A stretch of DNA of 64,000 nucleotides, from assembly GCF_051903065.1 (NCBI RefSeq), contig NZ_CP178438.1; one strand, given 5' to 3'. Position 1 is the first letter of the stretch, and every line of letters begins with the position of its first letter. The notes under the pieces were generated by a model, which did no database searches, was not told the origin of the DNA, and was given only the letters and a program-made list of their open reading frames with translations. The stretch comes from Escherichia coli. GTDB lineage: Bacteria; Pseudomonadota; Gammaproteobacteria; Enterobacterales; Enterobacteriaceae. Positions 29,861 through 40,012 of the stretch are shown here, piece by piece. A program made the translations under genes and the position numbers.

Positions 29861-31903
29861 TTATTGCTGAATTTGATTGGATAGTAAGACCTGCAACATA
29901 TCTTGTTGATGCACAGCTATCTCATCTTCCAGCCAACGACCTTTATCTTTCATCAGCCGAATCATAGCAAGCAATTTAAGACTATCAGTCTGGTTATTGG
30001 CAAGGCTTGCTTCAAAGTGCTCCTGCTTCTGTTGCGGCTGGAAGTTACTCAAGCGCGAGTTCTTGCTGTGGCTGATAAGGCAAAGGTTGCCAAACGAATG
30101 GAGTGCACTCTGCTCAACCGGTTTATAGCCATCCATCGGATGCTGGGGTGAGAAGTGCTCCACCGAGCTGCGGAAAGTGAACTCAAAGGAGCCAGCAACT
30201 TTGTCGCTATTCCGATCTCGTACCCACAGCAGATAGTCGAGGAAGTTGAAGACAAAGTTGTTCTCGATATGACCGAAGCGAAGTTTGGATGTAATCACCT
30301 TGTGCCAACTCTCATCCACATTGATGGCGGGCAACAGGGCGTTATCAAGGTAGAGCATCTGGTAATAGGAAGCCCCTTCACCAGGCGCCAAAAAGCGCTG
30401 GAAGACAAAGCGGCGAGCCTGACTCTCCAGATAGGACAGATAAGCCCCGGCATCCACCGGTTGATCAGGGTGACAATTGTCGAACAGATATCTCAGTGCA
30501 CCATTCAGCCAATGTTTGTAAACCAGGGTCGGGGTCGACACATGAAACGCCGACAGCAACATCAGGACCCGCCGGTTAACACCAGAGAAACCATTCTCAT
30601 TTTCATCCTTGTCAAAGGTATTGATGTAACTGACGCTCTTTTCCGAATACCAGTGCAGCCGCTTCAGACTCCAACTATCCTTGCCATCGGCAAACTCGCG
30701 CTTGATGATGAACTGATCAAACAGATACTTGCTCTTTAACAGGCCATAGATAAAACGCTGAACTGCCGCTACTGGATCCGGTTGCCTTATCACTCGCAGC
30801 TCAAACTGATCGACCAGTTGTTTATCATCAAGCGGCACCCCCTCCGTATCACCCGGGTCGCGGCTCACGAGTCGCAGCACATGGAGCAAGAAGTTGGAGA
30901 AGTTGATGACGCTGTTAAAGCGCTCGGAGCCTGCGCTCTCCTCCTCCACCGTCTGCTCACCATCAAGCTTGTCATCCTGCAAAATGGCCAACAAGGTGCG
31001 CCCTTGGCTACCGGCAGCTGCACGGCTTTTATCGGCAGCGTCGGCCGTGTTTGGGGATCCTAGCAGATCAAGCAGATGGGCAAAGTCACGGGGCACAAAC
31101 TGACCCCAGTCGCTCTCACCAAACAGACGGTGGCGCTCTTGCGGGGTAAAGCCGTACTGGATATAGCGCTCCATATTGGCGCAGGCATCCCATACCCGGG
31201 TCAGGATATGAATACTTTGGCGACGATGCTCTTCCTCGGGTATCTGGTTCAGCGTCTCCATCAGCCGCGCCTTGATCACTTCATGCTTTTCCAACTGCTC
31301 GCCGCGATTGTTCATCGCCTCGAAGAAGTGATTGAGATCGGTATCCTTGGGTACTTCGATACGAGAGATCTGCACATGCTTGAAGAGGTAGTCGCAAAAG
31401 GTCGTCAGTTTAGCCCCTACCAAACCAAGATCCGCCATTGCCTTGCCAATCAGCTCAAAACCGTTCACCAAACCTTCATTGAAGGTACTCCCCCGCAAAT
31501 CGTAGGGGGCAACACCCTGCCATAAGCGCTCGAAGGTATGGCTCGATATCGGGCGACTCTCAAAAGCGAGGTTGATGGTCTGATACCAGCTCATATCCAC
31601 CGAATCTATCGCGTGATGTTTGAGCCAATTGGCCAGCAGAGAGAGGGTAGTAAAGCGCTGCTGGCCATCGATTACCTCGAAACTGCCATCGTCCCGGGCA
31701 AACACCACCAGGGTGCCGATATAGTAGGTTTGCGGCCCCTTACCACTGACCAATTTTTGCTGATAATCCAGCACATCCTGCAGCAGCTGGGTGATCTCTC
31801 CCTCACCCCAGGCATAGTTGCGCTGGTACATGGGCACCAGATAGCGGGCGCGATCTTCAAGCAGTGCACGAATGGAAAAGGGGCGAACGCCTGCATCATT
31901 CAT
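29861..31903 (-). CDS. GmrSD-like protein (N-terminal DUF262, C-terminal DUF1524 His-Me finger nuclease), putative type IV restriction component
   Basis: DUF262 motifs [16 protein letters not shown] and DGQQR; DUF1524 motifs VEHFSPQHP and [17 protein letters not shown]; 8-bp overlap with the upstream gene. Confidence 0.75.
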   Translation of the reverse strand: MNDAGVRPFSIRALLEDRARYLVPMYQRNYAWGEGEITQLLQDVLDYQQKLVSGKGPQTYYIGTLVVFARDDGSFEVIDGQQRFTTLSLLANWLKHHAIDSVDMSWYQTINLAFESRPISSHTFERLWQGVAPYDLRGSTFNEGLVNGFELIGKAMADLGLVGAKLTTFCDYLFKHVQISRIEVPKDTDLNHFFEAMNNRGEQLEKHEVIKARLMETLNQIPEEEHRRQSIHILTRVWDACANMERYIQYGFTPQERHRLFGESDWGQFVPRDFAHLLDLLGSPNTADAADKSRAAAGSQGRTLLAILQDDKLDGEQTVEEESAGSERFNSVINFSNFLLHVLRLVSRDPGDTEGVPLDDKQLVDQFELRVIRQPDPVAAVQRFIYGLLKSKYLFDQFIIKREFADGKDSWSLKRLHWYSEKSVSYINTFDKDENENGFSGVNRRVLMLLSAFHVSTPTLVYKHWLNGALRYLFDNCHPDQPVDAGAYLSYLESQARRFVFQRFLAPGEGASYYQMLYLDNALLPAINVDESWHKVITSKLRFGHIENNFVFNFLDYLLWVRDRNSDKVAGSFEFTFRSSVEHFSPQHPMDGYKPVEQSALHSFGNLCLISHSKNSRLSNFQPQQKQEHFEASLANNQTDSLKLLAMIRLMKDKGRWLEDEIAVHQQDMLQVLLSNQIQQ

Positions 31904-33350
31904 AATATTTCATCTCCCGAAACAGCCCGACCAGCTCATCTTCGGCACCATTGCGATTGTTCTTGTTCTCTCGACTGCTCATGCTAGGCAAAGGGAAGCC
32001 GTGCAGATCTCCCGGCAGACGAGCATCACGAATGGCACGGATCAGATTGTGCTCCAGCACATAGTTATCCATGGTTGCCAACTGCACTACCTGCTGGCGG
32101 ATGCGGCAGCGATAGGCCCAGATAAAGCACTTCTCGATGGCCAGTGACAGCCCTTGGCTGCCGAACTTGTCGATATAGAAGATCAGGGCGCAGTCGAACA
32201 TGGCCCGCACATAACGATCCCCGGTGCGGTGGCGACGCTCGTAGCTGCCCAGGGTCGATAGCACCTTGCTGGCCATCGGTGTCAGCGTTTCGCCGAGCAG
32301 GGTGGCAGATTGCGCCTTGCCGGAATCAGACTCCTCGGCCACGATGGCGGCCACCCGCGTCTGGTAGTACTCGGCCATCTCGAAAAAGCGCCGACCATTG
32401 ATGATCATCTGGTCGAGATGAAAGGGAAACGTCATGTACTGGCCGTCAATCTTGCGCTGGTACTGGCGGTTGTACTCATCGACAAAGTGGTGGGCGATGC
32501 GCAGCGACTCCACGTAAGGATAATGCCCTACCCGATCTAGGTTGACCCCCTTGAAGAGATCCACCTCCCCCTTGCCAAAGTAGCGGGCCGACTTGCCCTC
32601 GGCCCACTGGCGTACCCGATAGAGATAGAGGGCGAACAGATTGGCCAGCTCGTCGCTTGGCAGGCGCTCCCAATGGGCGACCGCCTCGGCCTTGAGATTG
32701 GCCTCATGACCGGCAAACTCGCGCAGGTGAAATGCCTTGAGCAGATCGTGAGGAGCCAGATCGCGCCCCCGGGCATTTTGCGAATCGAAGAACTGGAACG
32801 CCTCCGAGATATCCTGCAGTACAAAGCAGACCACCTGACAGCGGTTGAGCAGAAAGTCAATTTGCTGCTCGTCAAACTCAGGGCGGGCCACCAGCCGACG
32901 CAACTCCAGATAGTTGCGTCTGAGGTTGAACTCCGAATCCCGGCTGGGGAAGCGCTGGCGCTGCATAAACGCATCGATAGGTCCACGCAAGACCTGCAAT
33001 TGCTCACGCAGATCCTGACGTTGAAACCGGATACTCTTCTCTTTGCCACTGCGATTTTCGTTATCCAGCACCTCGATCAGCGCCTTGACGGTCAACATCA
33101 GGGTCAGGGTGCGTTGCTGACCATCGACGATATCAAGCATCTCGCCCTGCTCACTATCGGTGTGCTGATGAAACACCACCGAGCCCAGCCGGTAGGCGCT
33201 CTTGTCCTGATGGGTTGCCAAATCGGTAAAGAGATCCGAGATATTCTTGGAGCCCCAGCGGTAAGGTCGCTGATAGCTTGGGATGGCCAGTTGGGGAATG
33301 GCCAGCAACTGGCGTACCGACTGCACTTGATTATTAATGCTCTCCATCAT
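31896..33350 (-). CDS. DUF262 (ParB/Srx-like NTPase) protein, GmrS-like, no recognisable nuclease domain
   Basis: Motifs [22 protein letters not shown] and DGQQRTLTL; translationally coupled to the DUF262-DUF1524 gene. Confidence 0.7.
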   Translation of the reverse strand: MMESINNQVQSVRQLLAIPQLAIPSYQRPYRWGSKNISDLFTDLATHQDKSAYRLGSVVFHQHTDSEQGEMLDIVDGQQRTLTLMLTVKALIEVLDNENRSGKEKSIRFQRQDLREQLQVLRGPIDAFMQRQRFPSRDSEFNLRRNYLELRRLVARPEFDEQQIDFLLNRCQVVCFVLQDISEAFQFFDSQNARGRDLAPHDLLKAFHLREFAGHEANLKAEAVAHWERLPSDELANLFALYLYRVRQWAEGKSARYFGKGEVDLFKGVNLDRVGHYPYVESLRIAHHFVDEYNRQYQRKIDGQYMTFPFHLDQMIINGRRFFEMAEYYQTRVAAIVAEESDSGKAQSATLLGETLTPMASKVLSTLGSYERRHRTGDRYVRAMFDCALIFYIDKFGSQGLSLAIEKCFIWAYRCRIRQQVVQLATMDNYVLEHNLIRAIRDARLPGDLHGFPLPSMSSRENKNNRNGAEDELVGLFREMKYYE

Positions 33351-33371
33351 GCCTCCTGCGGTATGAAGTGG

Positions 33372-33973
<602 letters not shown>

Positions 33974-34004
33974 GACAAATGAGCCCATTGGAATAAGTTA
34001 GAAA

Positions 34005-34760
34005 CTACATATCTGCCAACAACATCCCAGCCATACCATCCAGTCGCTTCTTAACCTTTTCCCAGCCCGGCATAACCTGCCCCATCAGACGGTAAAACTC
34101 CTCGCTGTGGTTGTGCTCAGCCACATGGCATAACTCATGTAGCAAAACATAATCGATACATTCTGAGGATGCCTTAACCAGCCATGGATTCAGGGTCAGA
34201 CAGCCTTTTGCTGAACAGTTGCCCCATTGCGTTTGCATCGCCCGCAGACGTATCGGAGGACGCTCACTGACCCAAAGGGTCTGCGGAATCAGTAAATCAA
34301 GCCTGCGCTGAAAAACATCTCTGGCACGTTCCCGATACCATTCAGCCAGCAAGGCTTTAATCTTTTCTGCCGATTTGTGTCTGACAGTCACTTCCAGACG
34401 CCCACGCAACATTTTCACTCGTTGCGGCACAGTAGCGTCTTCTGTCACTTTCAACTGATATTGCTTACCGAGATAATAATGGCTTTCTCCGCTGACATAC
34501 TGACGCGGAACAATGTGTATCTGTTGCTCCCTGAAATCACGCAGTTGCTGGTATATCCAGCGCCCACGTTTTTTCAGCGCAGACAATACCTCGTGCTCCG
34601 GTGTTTCAGGCGGTACAGAGGCCACAACCCGGCAGTCCGGATAAACCTTAATGAGCACCCTGCCCTTTACGACCTGACGCGGAACACACTGTACGACGAT
34701 GACCTCATCACCATAGACAATGCGTAACGCTTTCATTGATGGCGATTCTTTTTCACTCAT
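34005..34760 (-). CDS. DUF45/M48-family zinc metallopeptidase (YgjP-like), often linked to type I R-M loci
   Basis: 251-aa ORF with HExxH motif HELCHVAEHNH; ATGA overlap with the hsdR stop. Confidence 0.7.
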   Translation of the reverse strand: MSEKESPSMKALRIVYGDEVIVVQCVPRQVVKGRVLIKVYPDCRVVASVPPETPEHEVLSALKKRGRWIYQQLRDFREQQIHIVPRQYVSGESHYYLGKQYQLKVTEDATVPQRVKMLRGRLEVTVRHKSAEKIKALLAEWYRERARDVFQRRLDLLIPQTLWVSERPPIRLRAMQTQWGNCSAKGCLTLNPWLVKASSECIDYVLLHELCHVAEHNHSEEFYRLMGQVMPGWEKVKKRLDGMAGMLLADM

Positions 34761-37700
34761 GATTTCATCAAACCAACGCGCAGTATCTGGATGATGGTTT
34801 CCACAATACGGTTAACCTGATTCATTCCGGCACCAATTTCCCGGCAGGCCGTAAACAGCAGTGGTAGCAGACTTGTCTTAACGACTTTCTCAATGTCCTG
34901 GGGGTTCAGGGAGTTTTCTGCCACCGCTCTAACGATAATGCTGTCCACTTCAAAAGCCAGCTTCGTCCACTTATCCTGCACCTGAACGTCTTTTACCACA
35001 AAAACCTCAGGTAGCTCTTTTTTAAATACACCGTAATACGCCTGAGCATGCTTGTTTACCGCCAGTGCATCCGGGATATCGCTGAGCTTACGGGCTTCAA
35101 CCTGTTCTTCAAACTCACGGAATAAGAGGTACTGCTTAAGTGGATGGTCGAACAGTTTTTCAGCCTCTTCGATTGCCATACGCAGGAGTCTGGAAAAGGC
35201 CTCCTGAGCATACGGATCATCACGCAGCTCCTGCTCAATCATCTTCGTCACACGGGTTTTAATGATGTCGGTTTCATTGCGGGTTTTATTGTTGTCCCAC
35301 TCTTCGGGCTTTTCGCTCTTACCCATTTTACCGACTTCATACACGCCATCCGGTTCACGAACCTCAACGCCGGTGACATGCTTATCCAGCAGTTTTTTCA
35401 CCTGCTCGGCGTAGTCGTCATAATTGACCTGCTCTCCACTGACCTGCATCGCCCACTGGCGCAGGCTGGACATCTGTTTTACGGTTTCTTTATAGAGGTT
35501 TCGGTCTTGTTCCGTAAAGCTCTTGTCGGTGAAGAAGGTGGCGGACTGCAGTGCCACTTTCAGGCATCCGGCAAAGGCCGTTAACGCCTCGAAGAAATCA
35601 TCACGGGTTTTCTGATGGATATCGACCATCTCTCCGTCACGTTCTTCCATTTTAGGCACCAGTACCGCACGTAACTGCTCAGTATCATTTTTGTTTTTGA
35701 CACCAGCAAATATGGCCCACAGCTGGTTATACAGATGCGGCAGGCGCTTGTATTCAGAGCTCATGGCGCTGTACAGCCCGTCAATATCTTTGATGTCGTA
35801 TCCGCCCTGAGTTCGGGAGGCGAGGTCCTGATATTTGCCGATAGTCGTGTCCAGCTCAGCCAGAATACCGCGATAATCAATCAGCAGACCGAACTTTTTT
35901 AGTGGATGCAGTCGGTTCACCCGCGCAATCGCCTGGATAAGGTTGTGGGACTTAAGCGGCTTGTCGATATACAGCACGGTATTCTTCGGCTCATCAAACC
36001 CGGTGAGCAGTTTATCAACGACTATCAGCAATTTGAGCTTCTCATCGGTATCGAAACGACTGATGATATTGCGGGTATACACAGACTCATCCTGCGTGCC
36101 GACGTTATCTTTCCACCATTTCGTCACTTCCGGCAGTTTGCTTTCATCCACCTCAGTATTCCCTTCCCGGGTATCCGGCGGGCTGATAACTACAGCTGAC
36201 TCAAACAACCCGGCTTCATCAAGATACTTTTTATATTTGATGGCGGAAATCTTGCTGTCGCAGGCAAGCTGGCCTTTCAGCCCCTCATCAATATTCTTCG
36301 AGAAGTGCGTGGCGATATCGAGTGCGATCAGACGGATGCGATCATCTGCACTATAAACCTCACCTTTACGGGCATATTTACGCTTAAGGTCGGCTTTTTG
36401 CGCTTCGCTTAACCCATCGGTAATACGATCAAACCAGGCATCTATTGCCCGATCGTTAACCTCAAGGTCGGGAATACGTTCTTCATACAGCAAAGGTGTA
36501 ACGGCTTTATCTTCTACCGCTCGCTGCATGGTATAAGCGTGGACAATCGGTCCGAATTTATTGGTGGTCTTATCTTCTTTTAGCAATGGCGTACCAGTAA
36601 ATGCTACAAAGGCGGCGTTCGGCAGTGCCAGTTTCATTCGCACATGGTTCTCACCACCCTGGCTACGGTGTCCTTCATCAATCAGAACGATGATATCGGG
36701 GCTGGTATTGACGCATTCAGGAAGTTTTGTCGCTGAATTAAATTTCTGGATTAGGGTGAAAATGATGCGTTCTTTACCGGAGCCAATCTGTTTCGCCAGC
36801 ATCTGCCCGGATGTCGCCATTGCATTGGCTTTGTCTTTTTTCCCGGCCAACTCGCCGCCGGATGCAAAGGTACTGCTGAGCTGTTCTTCAAGATCGATAC
36901 GGTCCGTCACCACCACGATACGACACCGCTTCAGGCTGTCATGAAGGATCAGCGCCTTGCTGAGGAACACCATGGTGTACGATTTGCCAGAGCCGGTGGT
37001 ATGCCAGATAACACCACCTTCCCTGCCCCCATCGGGTCTGCGGGTACTGATGCGTTCCAGCAGTCTTTTAATCCCGAACACCTGCTGATAGCGGGCAACA
37101 ATTTTTCCGGTCTTTTTATCAAACAGGGTGAAGAAGCGGGTCATCTCCAGCAGACGTTCCGGCGAAAGCAGACTGATGAGCAGCTTATCCTGCCCGCTGA
37201 CAGCCAGTTCCCCCCCGGCGATTAACTGCTGATACCAGTTGAGATCGCCAACAGGACGATGCTCAAATAACGCATCAATTTGTTCAGTCGATAAAGGATG
37301 GTTGCGCAGGGCATACATCTGCGCATCGGTAATATCCTCTTCGCGCCATGCCGCCCAGAATTTCATTGGCGTATGGCATGTACCGTAGCGCCCGTCATGA
37401 CCGTTAATCGAAAGTAATAACTGGCTGTAGACAAACAGCTGCGGGATTTCATCGTTGAACTGGTTGCGGATACTCTGGGATATCCCCTCGTCAATGGTTG
37501 GCCCTTTCTTGCCATGACCAGCCGGGCTTTTCGCTTCAATAACAGCCAGCGGGATACCATTAACAAAGCAGACAATATCTGGCCTCCGGGTTTCAACACC
37601 ACCTGACCGCAATACCGTAAATTCTTCAGTAAAATGGAACTGGTTATTTTCCGGATGTTCCCAGTCGATCAGCGCAATGGTGGGGTTGACCTTCTTGCCA

Positions 37701-38044
37701 TCGACAAACTCCGTGACGGCGATACCGTAGAGCAGATGGTTATACATCCGCTCATTGGCTTTGAGCAGCCCTTCATTCAGCGCCGGAGAACAGACCTGTG
37801 ATATCAGGTTATCCAGTGCTTTTTCCGATAACTGGCAGGTTTTGCCACCCGCCATAAAGGAACGCTTCGACAGCTCTTCACGCAGAACCGGACGCAGCAC
37901 CACCTCATCCTGTTTATAGCCCCGGTAATCCATAATCTGTTTCGGAGATAAAAACGCCCAGCCGAGGCTGGTCAGTAACGTCAGTGCCGGAATTTTGGCG
38001 CTGTATTCTTCCTGGAATTTTGGCGTGTACGTCTGGTTCATCAT
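34757..38044 (-). CDS. hsdR: type I restriction enzyme R subunit
   Basis: 1095-aa ORF MMNQTYTPKFQEEYSAKIPALTLLTSLGWAF; helicase motifs HTTGSGKSYTMVF and VLIDEGHRSQ; operon with hsdM and hsdS. Confidence 0.9.
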   Translation of the reverse strand: MMNQTYTPKFQEEYSAKIPALTLLTSLGWAFLSPKQIMDYRGYKQDEVVLRPVLREELSKRSFMAGGKTCQLSEKALDNLISQVCSPALNEGLLKANERMYNHLLYGIAVTEFVDGKKVNPTIALIDWEHPENNQFHFTEEFTVLRSGGVETRRPDIVCFVNGIPLAVIEAKSPAGHGKKGPTIDEGISQSIRNQFNDEIPQLFVYSQLLLSINGHDGRYGTCHTPMKFWAAWREEDITDAQMYALRNHPLSTEQIDALFEHRPVGDLNWYQQLIAGGELAVSGQDKLLISLLSPERLLEMTRFFTLFDKKTGKIVARYQQVFGIKRLLERISTRRPDGGREGGVIWHTTGSGKSYTMVFLSKALILHDSLKRCRIVVVTDRIDLEEQLSSTFASGGELAGKKDKANAMATSGQMLAKQIGSGKERIIFTLIQKFNSATKLPECVNTSPDIIVLIDEGHRSQGGENHVRMKLALPNAAFVAFTGTPLLKEDKTTNKFGPIVHAYTMQRAVEDKAVTPLLYEERIPDLEVNDRAIDAWFDRITDGLSEAQKADLKRKYARKGEVYSADDRIRLIALDIATHFSKNIDEGLKGQLACDSKISAIKYKKYLDEAGLFESAVVISPPDTREGNTEVDESKLPEVTKWWKDNVGTQDESVYTRNIISRFDTDEKLKLLIVVDKLLTGFDEPKNTVLYIDKPLKSHNLIQAIARVNRLHPLKKFGLLIDYRGILAELDTTIGKYQDLASRTQGGYDIKDIDGLYSAMSSEYKRLPHLYNQLWAIFAGVKNKNDTEQLRAVLVPKMEERDGEMVDIHQKTRDDFFEALTAFAGCLKVALQSATFFTDKSFTEQDRNLYKETVKQMSSLRQWAMQVSGEQVNYDDYAEQVKKLLDKHVTGVEVREPDGVYEVGKMGKSEKPEEWDNNKTRNETDIIKTRVTKMIEQELRDDPYAQEAFSRLLRMAIEEAEKLFDHPLKQYLLFREFEEQVEARKLSDIPDALAVNKHAQAYYGVFKKELPEVFVVKDVQVQDKWTKLAFEVDSIIVRAVAENSLNPQDIEKVVKTSLLPLLFTACREIGAGMNQVNRIVETIIQILRVGLMKS

Positions 38045-38093
38045 TAATCCTTTTCTTTCTGGCGCTACTCGCTACTGGTCACATGAAGATTCA

Positions 38094-38777
38094 TCAATGC
38101 AGACAGCACCTCTTAAATTTTTTACCGCTGCCACACGGACACGGGTCATTTCGCCCGGGCATGTTTTCTGCCCCCTTCACTGGAACAGGCCGGGATGATG
38201 CCTCTGACATTCTCACTGACAACCAGTACTGATAAAGTGCCAGTGCAGCAGGCTGAATAAGGGAAATACTTTTCTCAAACTGCTCTCCGGTCATTTTCTC
38301 AAGTACAGGAAAATTCTTCTCCACGCCATGAAGAGCGATCACTTCCAGAGAAGGCCGTAACTCACCGGGAAGACCAGACCAGTCATCCAGTGACTTTCCT
38401 TTCATATAACCAAAACACCACTCTTCCACAATGGTATATTTTTCCCCCTTTACCTCACGCTCATTGAAAATCGGTTCAAACTGTTCAGGGGCCTCATACA
38501 GGCAGCCAGCGATATCGTTCATATGCTGAAAACACAGCCCCACAAAACGCGTCATCTCTTTTTCGGTGGTCCAGCGAGGGTGGTAATCACCTCGCCCCCA
38601 GATAGCACTGAGCCAGGTATTAGGGGAAATCGTATTCGGGCCAGAGACAATCGCTGTCAGAAAGCCATCCAGCTCAGAGAAACAGAGCACAGAATCATCA
38701 TTGCCGTATTTCAGCAACACCTCTTCCAGCCAGTCGATTTCCCGGTCAATCAGCGGCCCGCTTTTCGTCAGTTTCAT
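38094..38777 (-). CDS. YecA-like UPF0149 / SEC-C motif protein, paralogue of chromosomal yecA, inside the hsd operon
   Basis: 227-aa ORF MKLTKSGPLIDREIDWLEEVLLKYG... aligns along its length with YecA (20434-21099), including [11 protein letters not shown] and the terminal [21 protein letters not shown]; start overlaps hsdS stop, 49 bp before hsdR. Confidence 0.85.
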   Translation of the reverse strand: MKLTKSGPLIDREIDWLEEVLLKYGNDDSVLCFSELDGFLTAIVSGPNTISPNTWLSAIWGRGDYHPRWTTEKEMTRFVGLCFQHMNDIAGCLYEAPEQFEPIFNEREVKGEKYTIVEEWCFGYMKGKSLDDWSGLPGELRPSLEVIALHGVEKNFPVLEKMTGEQFEKSISLIQPAALALYQYWLSVRMSEASSRPVPVKGAENMPGRNDPCPCGSGKKFKRCCLH

Positions 38778-40012
38778 TCGGCAACCGCCTCATCGACCTT
38801 AACACGACGTTTGCCAGTCAGTAGCTGTTGCATCAGGGCTTTTTTCTCATCTCTCAGGCAGGCGAGTTTTTTCTCCAGCGTGGAGATTTCGGCATCGGCG
38901 ACGGACAGGACGGCGGCGATTTTTTGTTGTTCTCTTATACTGGGTAAGTCTAGTTCAAACTCTTTAACCATTCCGGCGTTTAGGTTGGACTGTGTACCTT
39001 GCTGGCCTTGTAGTTTTATTTTTTCTTTTAATGATGTAAGATAGAAATATAAAAACTCATAATTTAAACAATCTTTTGGTCTAATACCCAAGATTGCCTG
39101 CGAAGATGTTAAATTTACAGCAGCAATGCTGCATTCACCTATAGAAGCATACATAGCATAAAGAACCGAGTTTTTTGGATATATTCTTGCGGATGAACTG
39201 TTCAATCCTAATTCAGTCAGATATTTTTCAGTTGTAGCAATCCACTTTCCATTAGATGTCATATCAGAAATAGATACCCATGGGATATTCCCGCCATAAT
39301 ACTCTTCAACCGTTGATTTCGGAGTACCTCCACTGTTCATATCGGCTATCGCACCCAGTTTTACTCTCTTCCACTCCCCACTAAACCTCACCCCATTCTC
39401 ATCCAGCAAGCGTTTCTTCCCGGTAAGTAATTGCTGCATCAGGGCTTTTTTCTGCTGCTGACTATTGGCGAGCAGCTTTTCCGTCACTGAAATCGCGTTA
39501 TCCCAGGTTGACAAGATTTTGGCTATTTTCTTTTGTTCCGCCAGTGGGGGGAGTAATACAGGAAAACCGCAAACATCATCACGTGTAATATTAGGGTCTT
39601 TACGACTACTTGCCGCAAATTTCTTCCATAATTTTACATTCCCGTTTAAGTAATTCAGGATATATGCTGGTTCTGCTTTATCACGATCGAGTATAAGACC
39701 GGATAATGCTTGGTTTATTGCTGCCGGTATAGTGAGAAGTCCAGTTCTTCCGATCTGGTTAAAGCCTCCATACATCGCTACTAAAACAGTACCAACAGGA
39801 AATACAGAGCAAGATGTTTCTAAAAGGGCTGTGTCAGTAATTTTCTCATCAGTTGAGATAATTTCACCGTTATTTAGGTCTAATGTCTTTACCCATGGAG
39901 TACCAGCAGTAGAAAAATAACGCTCTCCCTCAGCCCTCAGCGGAGTAGATCCAGATTTAATTTTTGCTATGTCCGATAATTTGACATGTCTCCAGCCAGG
40001 TTTGAGCTTCAT
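38774..40012 (-). CDS. hsdS: type I restriction-modification specificity subunit
   Basis: 412-aa ORF with two target-recognition halves and conserved HsdS core LLTGK(K/R)RL; overlaps hsdM stop. Confidence 0.88.
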   Translation of the reverse strand: MKLKPGWRHVKLSDIAKIKSGSTPLRAEGERYFSTAGTPWVKTLDLNNGEIISTDEKITDTALLETSCSVFPVGTVLVAMYGGFNQIGRTGLLTIPAAINQALSGLILDRDKAEPAYILNYLNGNVKLWKKFAASSRKDPNITRDDVCGFPVLLPPLAEQKKIAKILSTWDNAISVTEKLLANSQQQKKALMQQLLTGKKRLLDENGVRFSGEWKRVKLGAIADMNSGGTPKSTVEEYYGGNIPWVSISDMTSNGKWIATTEKYLTELGLNSSSARIYPKNSVLYAMYASIGECSIAAVNLTSSQAILGIRPKDCLNYEFLYFYLTSLKEKIKLQGQQGTQSNLNAGMVKEFELDLPSIREQQKIAAVLSVADAEISTLEKKLACLRDEKKALMQQLLTGKRRVKVDEAVAE

